Positions 52,693-64,000 of a stretch of DNA of 64,000 bases are shown piece after piece. Every line of letters begins with the position of its first letter. Within the stretch, counting starts at the first letter, position 1. The notes under the pieces were generated by a model. That model did not search any database and was not told the DNA's origin. It saw only the letters and a program-made list of their open reading frames with translations. This DNA comes from Camelus dromedarius (lineage: Eukaryota). The translations under genes and the position numbers were made by a program. The stretch spans positions 101,124,001 through 101,188,000 of the forward strand of contig NC_087437.1 in NCBI RefSeq assembly GCF_036321535.1, in the 5' to 3' direction.

Positions 52693-53349
52693 TGTTCCTT
52701 GTACTTATAAAGAAGCAGAACACAGCCTTTGAATAGAAATCCCATGAAAGCGCTTGCTTCTCCACGCATGTAGTTCATCAATTTCAACTAGTAAACAAAA
52801 TATAAGACCTTCTTATTCTCCACTTTTCTTAGTTGATCTGCATTACTAACTAGAAAATGAGCATTCTGCTCCTTCACACATTTAATGGGATAATTAGATC
52901 AACCTCACTCATTCTCTCTGCTGTCATTGTGACTGCATTTAGTAGGAGTAAATATGCCAGTGTTAAATCACATTTCAGCAGAGAAATACAGTTTTTTTCT
53001 TTACATGCTGGTTGCAGAGATATGAAACATATCCACTGTCAGCCAAGTGCTAATGAACATGACAGTTATTCCTCACACAGTGTTCACTCAGATGCATGCA
53101 GTCATTTTTGTCATTTTCAATATTTTCTTTATAATGATTATTGATTGTAGTCCTTCTATAAAAGCTATGCTTCATTGGCTTTACTTTGTACTTTACCTTA
53201 CACATTTACTGTTACTATCATTCACTCTAAAAATATCTATGTATTAAGATATGCATATGTAAGAATAATAAAGCTTTGGTTATATATCCTCCCCATTTAA
53301 ATGAATAAAACAAAACAATACAGTTAAAACTCCCTGATTACTTATTCTT

Positions 53350-54248
53350 TTTTATTTATTTATTTAACATTTTTTATTGATTTATAATCATTTTACAGTG
53401 TTGTGTCAAATTCCAGTGTAGAGCACAATTTTTCAGTTATACATGAACAAATATATATTCATTGTCACATTTTTTTTCTCTGTGAGCTACCATAATTTCC
53501 TACGTATATTTCCCTGTGCTATACAGTATAATCTTGTTTATCTATTCTACAATTTTGAAATCCCGTCTATCCCTTCCCACCCTCTGCCCCCTTGGCAACC
53601 ACAAATTTGTATTCTATGTCTATGAGTCTATTTCTGTGTTGTATTTATGCTTTGTTTTTTTGTTTTTGGTTTTGCTTTTGTTTTTTAGATTCCACATATG
53701 AGCTATCTCATATGGTATTTTTCTTTCTCTTTCTGGCTTACTTCACTTAGAATGACATCCTCCAGGAGCATCCATGTTGCTGCAAATGGCTTTATGTTGT
53801 TGGTTTTTATGGCTGAACAGTATTCCATTGTATAAATATACCACATCTTCTTTATCCAGTCATCCATTGATGGACATTTAAGCTGTCTCCATGTCTTGGC
53901 TATTGTAAATAGTGCTGCTATGAGCATTGGGGTGCAGGTGTCATCCTGAAGTAGGGTTCCTTCTGGATATAAGCCCAGGAGTGGGATTCCTGGGTCATAT
54001 GGTAAGTCTATTCCTAGTCTTTTGAGGAATCTCCATACTGTTTTCCATAGTGGCTGCATCAAACTGCATTCCCACCAGCAGTGTAGGAGGGTTCCCCTTT
54101 CTCCACAGCCTCTCCAGCATTTGTCATTTGTGGATTTTTGAATGATGGCCATTCTGACTGGTGTGAGGTGATACCTCATTGTAGTTTTGATTTGCATTTC
54201 TCTGATAATTAGTGATATTGAGCATATTTTCATGTGATTATTGATCAT
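53350..54248 (-). mobile_element. Young 5'-truncated L1 (ORF2 C-terminus plus 3' UTR)
   Basis: 181-aa frame [19 protein letters not shown]...[18 protein letters not shown]...[13 protein letters not shown]; perfect 12-bp TSD ttacttattctt at 53338-53349 and 54249-54260, at a TT/AAGA endonuclease site on the minus strand. Confidence 0.97.
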
Positions 54249-54269
54249 TTACTTATTCTTAATTTAAGT

Positions 54270-55770
54270 ATTTTCATAATATTTTATTCCATGCATTTCA
54301 TCATATTTTAAAATATTTGTGGCTAAATAATATAATACAGTTCTGATATTTTATGTATTGCGCAAATGTCACCATATTGTGTGAATTCTTTGGCATCATT
54401 ATTTCCTTCAAAATTGTGATTGCAATATTCATACTTAGAGCCCTAATTCATTCATTTTTACACCTATTTGATATTGTATTGTATGAAATGCTGGTTTAGA
54501 CATTATTATATGTGTATCCTAGTGTATTTAAATCAGCATTAATCTGGAATTGCTGAGTCTTAGGACAAGAATATCTTTTGTTTTATTGGATTTTGTGAGA
54601 TTGTTCTTCAGAGTAATTGAACCAATTTTTATTCTATCAGCAATTATACAAAAAATTCTATGATATGGAATCCTTGACATTCCATTAGTTTTAGTAAGAT
54701 TTTAAAGAATTTTATTTTAAAATAATTTTTATTGATGATAGTATATATCTAGGGTCAAATGCAGAAATCTTGATAGGTCAAATGTGTATATATGTATATG
54801 TATGTGATTGTGTGTGTCTTTGAATACCACTCAGACCAAGATATTATATACTTCCCATATCACAGAAGAAATTTGCTTATTTTCCCCAACTCTGAGCCTT
54901 TAATAAAGTATCCTTCATTTGAGGTAACCACTATGTGGACTTCTATCACCAATTGATCAATGTTGCCTGTTTTTTAATTTCTTGGAAACAGAATCATACA
55001 GTTGGTGAAAGTAACCTACAGTGTTGTGTATAGAAGTAGTTAGTTTATTTGTAGTGCTGTGTGGTTGTGTTGCACTTCATTATGTGAAAACACCAAAAGT
55101 TTTTAATCTAGTATTCTGCTAATGGATATTTGTACAATTTTTACTTATGGATATTATAAATAATGCTGCCATAAATATTTTGTGCTTGTGTTGGTGGAAC
55201 CATGCGCTTGTTTCTTTTTAGTTTATACCTAGTAACACTGGTTTATAGGTGAGATTGATGCTTAGCTTTATTACATAATGCCAAACACTTTCCCAAGTGG
55301 TTGTAACAATGAACATTCCCACTAGCAGTGTCTGATAGTGTGTGGCTACACATTCTTTCTTACTGAGCAATTTCTCAGACCCTTATTGGCCATTTGTGTA
55401 TCTTTATTTCTTAATATACATAGTTTTCATTTTACTTGTATTTTTGAAAATAGAGGTGCTGAGGACACATACATATCATTATAATATCATATGAAGTATT
55501 TTACTTCCCTAAAAATCCTCTAATCTCTATCTGTTTATCTCTCCCCCACAAAATCCCTGAAAACCACTGATATTTTTTATTGTCTCCATAACTTTGACTA
55601 TTCCAGAATTCACATAGTTGGACTCACACAGAATATGTAGCCTTTTCAGATTGCCTCTTTCACTTAGAAACATGCATTCAAGTTTTCTCTGTCTCTTCAT
55701 GGCTTGGTAGCTCATTTCTTTTTGGCATTAAATAATATTCTATTGTCTGAATGTACCTCAGTTATAATTT
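54270..55770 (-). mobile_element. Old L1M 3' fragments (L1ME and L1MC1/2-like)
   Basis: cccaagtggttgtaacaat..acattcccactagcagtg; atgtagccttttcagattg.ctctttcacttag...tcatggcttggtagctcatttc. Confidence 0.75.
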
Positions 55771-56159
55771 TAAGATATTATTTTCATATGGTACATTTCA
55801 TTAATAAAAAATTATCAATATTTTACAAATGTGCTTGAAAATATCAACTTATAAATCCAAGCAGCTCAACTGAGTCAAATGGCACAAATGCAAAGAAAAT
55901 CAAAGTAAGACATGTAATCAGAAAATTTCTGAAAGACAGAGAAAGAAGGAAGTATTAAAAGCAGCCAGAGAAAATGTTTACATTTGGGACAAAATTTGAT
56001 GATTAGATTTTACCATAAACAATGAGGACCAGAAGACAATGGCATAACATCATTAATAAAGTAAGAGAGGAGATCTATAAGTCTATATCTATATCTAGCA
56101 AAACACCTTTATGCCTTTATAGGTTAATCAAAGTCCTTTTTAGCTAGATGAAGTCAAGG

Positions 56160-56624
56160 TGTTATGGAAACGACAGGCCAGTCAAGAAACAAGCACCACT
56201 TGGAGGGTTGGAGTACTCAGATGTATTACGCCGGCAGGCTCAGAGGGGCTTCTGCTCCGAAGCTCTGAGCACCTCCAAGACGTGCACATGAGGTTTTATA
56301 GGGTAAAGTACAAGCTTGGGGTATTCGGCCAATAGGCATGGAACAGCTTTAGCAGCACCATTATCACAAAAGTGGAGGCAGGGAGGCAGCAAACCAACAT
56401 TCCAAAGCCAGATATGTATCTTTGAAAATCCAGCTGGCTAGCAAAAACACATAAACAGCAAACCAACACTAATTAACTTAGATTTACAAGTTAGTCCAGC
56501 AGAACTCAGATCAGTATTCCAATACTTAGACTTGTGAGTTATCTTGTTAGCCCAGCCCAGCTTCTCCTTCACATTCCTAGACCTGTGAGTTATATTGTTA
56601 GACCAGCCCGGTTTTTCCTTCACA
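56160..56624 (-). mobile_element. Relatively young ERV1-class solo LTR (465 bp)
   Basis: TG...CA termini, 4-bp TSD aagg at 56156-56159 and 56625-56628, antisense TATA box (ttttatag at about 56294), several retained CpGs. Confidence 0.85.
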
Positions 56625-58577
56625 AAGGGACTTCGTCACCAACAGCACTGAACTATATGAATTGTTAAAGACCCATCTGTGTCTCAAGATAAATGACATT
56701 AAGTGAAAACTGGGATCTGCAAGATGGAACAGAGAGCACCAGAAATCACGAAAATAGGTGTATATATTTATGTACTTTTCTTCTCTTAATTTCTTCAAAT
56801 TGTGATTGTAGGAGCATTAATAACATTGTTTTGTGAAGATACTGACTTTAGTAGCATCATTGTTGAAAAAATACTACAAAGGAAGAGAGCTACAAATGCA
56901 ATTTTATTGCTTTAAGGATTTCAAGGTTTTTTGGGGGGGTTTAAGTAAGAAGGTATAATATTATGTCAAGGTGGACTTCAGTAAGTTAAAGATGCATAAA
57001 ATACATGTTGTAATCCCAAGGGGAACCATTAAAAATAAAAAGAGATATAGCTGCAAAACCAGTAGGGAAATTAGAATGGCAGAAAAGAAGGGATGAAGTA
57101 ACAAACAATATGAAGATGTGATAACTAGAAAACAAATAGCAAGATGGTCAACTTAAACTAAAACATATTAATAGCTATTTTAAATATATGTGGACTAAAC
57201 AAGCATATTAAAACCAATCCTTGTCAAAGTAGATAAATATTAGCACCCAAAACATGTTATCTACAATTATTTTAAATACAAATACTCAGAGAAGTTGAAA
57301 AGGAAACCAAAGTAAAACCTATAATTTGAATAAAAAAAGGGATAAGAAAGATGGGTTGGCTCTATAATGATTATAAAAAAACAGACTTTGAGACAAGAGG
57401 TATTATATAAAATACAGAGGTTTATTGCATTATGGTAAAATATTAATTTAAGAGAAATCAAATTTATCACAAGACTAAGACACTTAATAACAGCACTTCA
57501 ATATATGGACAAAAACTAATAGCACTGAAAGAAGAAATTTTAAAAATTTATAATTTAGAGTTAGAGACTTTAACATAGCTTGTCAAAAACTGACGTCACC
57601 TAGATAAAATTTAGTAATTATATAGAAGATTTGAACAATAAATGGCATAAACTGATGGAATTTTAAAGAACACTGAACCCCCCACTCTGAAGAATATAAT
57701 TTTTTTTTTCAGTGCATTTGGAGCACTTAGAAATATAACCCAGGTGCTAAATCATAAATTATTTCTTAATAGATTTCTAAAGTATGACTTTATTGAGTAT
57801 GTCCTCTGAGTATACCAGAATTAAATTAGAAATCAATGAGAAAGTTATCTAGCATATTATCAAAGGTATAAAATGAATTTCAAAGAAACTATGGGTCAAA
57901 AGAATATCATGGATTTTTAAAAATATTTCAAGCTGATAAATAATGAAAATATAACATATTTGTGAATTACAGATCATTTGATGATTACAACAGTTTATAA
58001 AATGAAATAATATAATAATCTTAATATGTTAGAAAAATAAGAGAAGTGAAAGTTAAAATATGAAGGAAAAAACAATATATACATGAACATAATCAGTAAA
58101 ATAGAAAGCAAACAATAGAGAAAATAAATTAAACTAAAAATGGTTTTTGAAAAGATTGATGAAGACAAAGGAGAGATATTCCAAATTATCAATATCAGGA
58201 ATGTAAAAGGGTTGATGTCACAATGGATACTAGGACATTCAAAGGATAATAAAAGTACTATGATCAACTTAATGCTTATGAATTTGATAAAAGATAAAAT
58301 TGAGAATTTCTTTAAGAGGAAAAAATTAAAACTAATAAAAAAGAAAAATATAATTTGGAGAACTCTACATCTGTTAAAAACATGATTTTGTAATTAACAC
58401 TTTCCTCACAAGGAAATAAACAGGCCCAGATAATTTTACTGAGGAATTTTGTCAAATTTATAAAGAAAAAATAATACCAATTCTATGAAACTCTCCCAGA
58501 ACATAAAGGAGGAAGATGACTTGCCAAAAAAATTTTATGAAACATTGTATACCTGATCCCAAAACCATATAAAGACA

Positions 58578-58604
58578 TCACACACACACACTCACACACA
58601 CACA
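58578..58604. repeat. Interrupted (CA)n microsatellite
   Basis: Directly visible. Confidence 0.9.
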
Positions 58605-61600
58605 ACAAAAAAAGAAAAGAAAAATAAAGAAAAGCTCAATGGGATCCAACAGTATATAAATATAACGATAACTCATCATGACTCAGTGTGGATACTATAG
58701 GAGTACAGGTTGACACTGTGGAATAAAAAGAGATAAACAATCCATCAATACAGACAGTAAAAACATCTGACCAAATGTCAACAATTATTCATGACAAAAA
58801 CTCTGAGAAAACTAGGAAAATGAGAGTATTACTTCACATGATAAAAAATCAAGATAAATTATAAAAGTAAATGGAAAAGTTAAATCTACAAGCCTTCTAA
58901 ATAAAATTTAGCAAGACATCTTCAACATCTTGTTGTTTTAAACTTAGGTAGTAAACAGAAAGCAATAATCATAAAACAACATTGTTAAACTGTACTTTGC
59001 TCTATCTTGAATTTCTACTCATCAAGAAAATGAATTAGCAAGCTACACTCTAAGAAAAAATATTTACAAAATATATATCTGAAAAAGGACTTATATCCAG
59101 AATCCATAAAGAACTTTACAACTCAATAATAAAAATATAAGGAACCCAATAAAGAATGGGTAAAATGATTGAATAAACACTTTACAAAGGAAGATGAATA
59201 AATGACAAACAAAAACAACACACGTGAAAAGATTCACAGCATCATTAGTTATCACAAAAATACAAATAAAATTGAAATGCCACTATACACCTACCTACTA
59301 GACTGGCTAAAATTTAAGTCCAACAATGTCGACCACTGGCAGTGATGTGGACCAGTCAAGCTCTTAAATGTTGCTTGTGGAAATGCAGCCATTTTGGAAA
59401 AAAAGTTTTGCAGTTCCCTTAAAAGCAAAAACATAAACCTTATGGACCAGTAATTTTGCTCCAAAAAATTACATCATAGGTCCACTGATGATTGTATAAG
59501 CATATTAATAACAGTTATATTCATTATTGACAAAACTGAAAATAATTGAAATGTTCATCAGTAAGAGAATTGTTAAATCTGATATATTTATACAATGAAG
59601 AACAGCTCAGTAATAAAAAAGATAAAAAATTGCTACATGTGACCATATGGATAGATCATGGAAACAATGTATTGAATAAAATAAACTGCACACAAAAGAG
59701 TATATATTGTATGATCCCATTTGATAAGATCAAAAACTAACAAAACTAGTCTGTGATGATAGATATCAGAACACAGGTAGCCTAAACCAGGGGTTGGTGT
59801 AGACTAGAAGGAGCAATGAAGTGAATTTCTGGGTGATAAAATTTGTCTTGATTTGGGTATTCGTTACACTAATATATCCATTTGCCAGGAATTATCCAAT
59901 CAGCATGTTACAATTAAGATTCGTGCATTTTTCTGTATGTAAATTGTTTTCAGTAGAAGTGAAAATAAACAAACAAAACTTGTTAGCAAAGGAAATGAGA
60001 TAGTGAGGACCTAGAGTTGTAGATTTTGTTTCCAGAGCCCAGGCTTCTATTCTATGAATTCAGGTCAATTCCTCCTAATTGAAGAAAAAAAAAAAAAAGA
60101 GAGAGAGAACAAGATTGATACTGTTCTTATTTTAAAGCCTTAGGAAGAGTCAGAGATTCTTAAAAGGATGAGAAGTAAGGAATTGGTCTTGAAAAAATGT
60201 ACTCTGAATTACTGTAAACTTTGTATGCTGGGAGAAATTATATGCTGGGTATAAGGAGAAATGAAACTTATTATGTTTGCATAATAATTTTTATAAAAGT
60301 TTGAATGCCTTTGCTCCAGTTGTATCTCACTTTTATCTATCCTTATCTCAGTTTAAAATTATTTTAGTGATTGGCTTTACCAATTTTCTTTACTCTCGAG
60401 AATGTATAAGCCTAGAAAGACTGGACTTGAATTCTTGGCAACTACCATGGTTACAGAGGAACAATGACCTTATTAGGTATTTTCTTATATCTCAATACTC
60501 AAAATATTTTTCTGAAATATATTTATTGTGTCAAATTTTCCAACAAAATATATCACAAACCCCGTGGGACAATTTTAAAATCATATCTAAGGAATGGATA
60601 TATAGTTTGTGATGTATTCTATCCTAAAATTAAAATTCAGTTTTAATTTAACAATAAATTTTATTTCAGTTTTTGTTTGTTTGTTTGTTTAACCTTATGG
60701 TGTACAAAAGGTAAAAACCCAGAGAAATGTGTTCAAGATCCCAAAAACAATTCTGCATCAGGAGGAAACTAATGTTTATCTTCTTCCAGACATTTATGTG
60801 TAGTCAATAAATCACTTAATCTACTTTAAATTATTTTGCCCAATAATGCCTAACTAATTTGGGGATGAGGTTAAGCCTTTTATTGATAGGTGGGAAGCCC
60901 TTTCATTAAACTTAATCTATTGTACTGTAAATGTCACTCCCTCAAGCTCTTCTTCTAATCAATACCCTCTACTATCTTTCCCTGTCAGATGGGATAAAGT
61001 CCACCCCCTGAAAGTATTGACTCCTCTCCCACTAGGAGATGATAACGTGTACACTGACCTTTTTGCAGTCTCTTTTAACCCAAACAGATGATTATATTAT
61101 ATGAGTTTTTTTTAATTAAAATTTTACAAGTTTTAAAAATACAAGGGATCTTTTTTAACACACTAATGCTTTTCCAGAAGGGTACTCTTATAAGACATGT
61201 ATATATGTATATGATAGATACATGATACTTGATATATATTATACCATATATGGTGTATATATATGATTCCTTTCCAAACATTTTTATTTGATTTAAAAGA
61301 CATCTATATTATGTAAATACTGCTAATTAGGATAGCAAATTATACCGTTCATATATTTAAGAATATTAAGCCTGGTAAGTTTGGCCTTTGGCACATGGAG
61401 TGTATTGAACTTAATATATAACATTGATATTAGAATATTGACATTACCTGTATTGTTAGAAGTACTGCCAGCCTGGCATGGAAGAAACTCAGCCCAGTCA
61501 GAATACAAAATGACCTCTAGACTCCTGTTTTCTACGTTAAGAAGTAGCCTGAGAGATTTGAAGGGTACAGTTTCCAATGCCTCTTTAAAAATGGCCAGAG

Positions 61601-61726
61601 GGTGAGAGAAATGCAAATACACATGAGGGGCCAGAACCAAGAGCCAAGAACAATGGACTGGGATGTCAAGTTTAGGTACAAGAGCACAGGCTTAATGAAG
61701 AACCATCCCCTGCCCTTAGACTAGGG

Positions 61727-61938
61727 CAGGATTTCTCACTCTCAGCACTAATGAGATGTCAGGGTGGCTGACTTTTTATTCAGGGCAGCTGTTCTACTCA
61801 CTATAGGGTGTTTAGCCACATCCCTATCTTCCACACACTGTGTATCTGGAACACACACTTCTCATTCTGGACAGCCAAAAATGTCTCCAGTCATTGTCAG
61901 TCGTCCTCCAAGAAGTCATCCTCAGCTGAGAACCACCC
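61727..61938 (+). mobile_element. MER20 (hAT-Charlie) DNA transposon
   Basis: cagga.tttctca.tctcagcacta...ccaaaaatgtctccag.cattg...tgagaaccac; degenerate 8-bp TSD gactaggg / gcataggg. Confidence 0.85.
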
Positions 61939-62210
61939 GCATAGGGTAGATAAGTAAGACTGTCCCAGAAAGATTTCAGCAATACTTTGGGCTGCTACAT
62001 GCTTTCCATTCTTCTTTCCAAGTACGATTATTTATTGCACTTCTGTTCTTATTCCTCTGTTGTGTGTTGGCAATAGAAGAAGCAGGCCACTTGCCTTCAT
62101 TTTATATACTTCTGGATCAAAAGTTTGATATAATGATTAAACTAAACTCTGGGTATTCTGGGAGGGGGGTGGTTATATTTTACAAGTGGGAAAGAGCCAT
62201 ACATGACCAA

Positions 62211-62585
62211 GATGGTAGAAGCTGGCACGTTTCATTATTGGCCCATATTCTTTGCTATGTGACTGTTGTTCTTCCAACTATAGATGTGATATATACGTCA
62301 CATTCCTTGACTTCAGGTGCTCAATTTTGGCCTGCCTTGGCTAATAAAACAAGGCCAAAGAAAGGACTAAATGCCAGCTTTGACTATTGTATAAAAGAGA
62401 GATCTTATTTTTCCCCTTATGCCTTCTTGTGCCTTTGACACAAGAGCTCACTGAGGTTATCCCAGTGTTTACAGTAGGAGGATGAGAGAAAGGTGGGGCA
62501 GTCACTCTGTTTAAGCAAGCCTAGCAAAGGCCAGGGAAGATCACCCAATTTGCAGATACGTTTTCATTGCCAGCCACGATCAGCA
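62211..62585 (+). mobile_element. Old MaLR LTR (MLT1G/H-like)
   Basis: ctttgctatgtgact...ttccttgacttcagg...tgccttggctaata. Confidence 0.55.
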
Positions 62586-63619
62586 AAAGAAAGAAAAGAA
62601 GTCGGACCCCAAACAGTCCAAACTGTTGATTGCAATTTAAATTAAGTTTAAGGGAAAGAAGAATTATTTTATGAGGCTACAAATCTGATCTGAACAATGA
62701 TTGCCTATGGATAGTGGGACTGACTGAAAGAGGGTGTGATGGAACTCGGGGGGTGACTAAAGTGTTTGTTTTACATCTTGATTGGAACTTTGGTAACATG
62801 ATGTGTCTATTTATCAAAACTCATTAGCTTATAATCTTAAAATCTGTTTATTTCAATATTTGTAAATTTTATCTCATTTTTTAAAAATTATAATGATAAA
62901 ACAGTATATATGAGTTTTCAAACTCAGAAAGAACTTTGGGAAAAAGAAAACAAATTGATTAGTATAACATGAAGAAGAAAATAGGGGATAAAATAGTAGC
63001 GAAAATTTATAGTAAATGAAAAAAACATAATAGAATTAATTCCAGACATGTCTGTAATTCCCATAGTTATAAATATGTTAAATGTAAAGATTAAAACAGA
63101 GACACTAATATTGTGTAAAAAAGTATAATCCAGCTCTTCTTTGTTTTCCTGATCAATTCAGTTCTACAGGGTTTAGGTAGCAGAGCTGGAAGGTGGCCCT
63201 AAGGAATGGCATTCCTGCTTGGGGCACTGGAGCAGAAGCTTGGAGAGCAAGACATTCACAGGAAGATTCACCTGGCATGGGATGAAGCAGGCATCGAATG
63301 ATGGCTGGCATCTGTCCTGGGATGTCAGAGACAAATCAGGATAAAAAGAGCCCCTAATGTGTGGGAAGGCTCCTCGTGGACTGTCAAAGCCTGCAGGGTG
63401 AAGAAGACATTAAACTCAGATGGGTGATCTGGTATACAGTTTGAGAACCTAAGCAGGATAAGGAAAGTAGACACTGGGAGGCCTGGAGTGCGCGACCAAG
63501 TCTAAGCAGAGGAGAAAGGGTGGTATGTGTGTACATGGCTGGCTGTTCCCAAGGGGGTTTTCAGAATCTGAACAGAATAAGGGATGCAGTTAGTGTGAAT
63601 ATTGGAATCTAACTGGAAT

Positions 63620-64000
63620 AAGTGGAGGAGACATCATTTTAATCAAGCAATCACACTGATCATCAGCAATGGAACAAAGCTGTGTAATGTAATAGAAAAC
63701 AAAGATAAAAAGACAGCCTCACTGTATTCCTGCTGAAGATACGTAACCTGAATCTAATTATGAGAAAACATCAGACAACTCAAATTAAAGTGTACTCTAC
63801 AAGATATTTGGCTGTACGCTTCAAAGTATCAAGGTCATGAAAATTAAGACTAAAACTCTGTTCCAGAAAGTTCAAGACATGATTCACAACTCAATTACTT
63901 TTCTATAAAAGGAATCATTGAGATAATTGTCAACACTTGAATGGAATTTGAGGGTCAGATGATAAAACAGTGTCATTATTAATTTCCTGATTTTGATAGT
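63620..64000 (+). mobile_element. L1MC4/5-like 3' region (runs off the window end)
   Basis: taacctgaatctaattatgagaaaacatcagacaa..caaatt...ttcaaagtatcaaggtcatgaaa...aatttcctgattttgata. Confidence 0.8.

Larger units (their letters stand above)
55810..59970 (+). mobile_element. Old L1M (ORF1 end-ORF2-3' UTR remnants), interrupted by an LTR
   Basis: ttaaaagcagccagagaaaa; agaattaaattagaaatcaat; caggcccagata.ttttactgaggaatt; ggacttatatccagaat..ataaagaact.tacaactcaataataaaa. Confidence 0.8.

Noticed and set aside
53703..54248. 181-aa ORF as a host gene
   Set aside because: It is the C-terminus of L1 ORF2p in a 5'-truncated insertion with no promoter.

Overview
This is AT-rich, CpG-depleted mammalian genomic DNA, intronic or intergenic, and most likely from a camelid (camel, alpaca or llama). 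The species call rests on two tRNA-derived SINEs of the Vic-1 type (about 19.7 kb and 52.6 kb) and on young L1 3' ends of the camelid/cetartiodactyl type. I can recognise no host protein-coding exon, and nearly every ORF in the track is an artefact of repeats or low complexity. Much of the window is interspersed repeats: MaLR LTRs (MLT1), ERV1 solo LTRs (MER21, MER34-like and younger ones with 4-bp TSDs), a decayed 2.7-kb ERVL gag-pro-RT segment, old L1M, L2, L3 and MIR pieces, MER2, MER20 and MER53-like DNA transposons, and microsatellites. The only long protein-like frames are an L1 ORF2p C-terminus (53.7-54.2 kb), a short decayed L1 ORF2 piece (9.0-9.4 kb) and ERVL RT remnants. I see no solid evidence of a new biological system. 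The best leads are: two anomalous CpG-retaining patches with CRE, NRF1 and MYB-like motifs (23.6 and 27 kb) next to candidate + strand splice sites; a recursive-splice-like YAG/GTAAG site (33.6 kb); a SINE carrying about 67 bp of extra 3' sequence inside its TSD; an LTR with a duplicated terminus; and several nested or inverted retro-insertions. Repeat family names come from recalled consensus similarity, not from a database search, and many boundaries are approximate.
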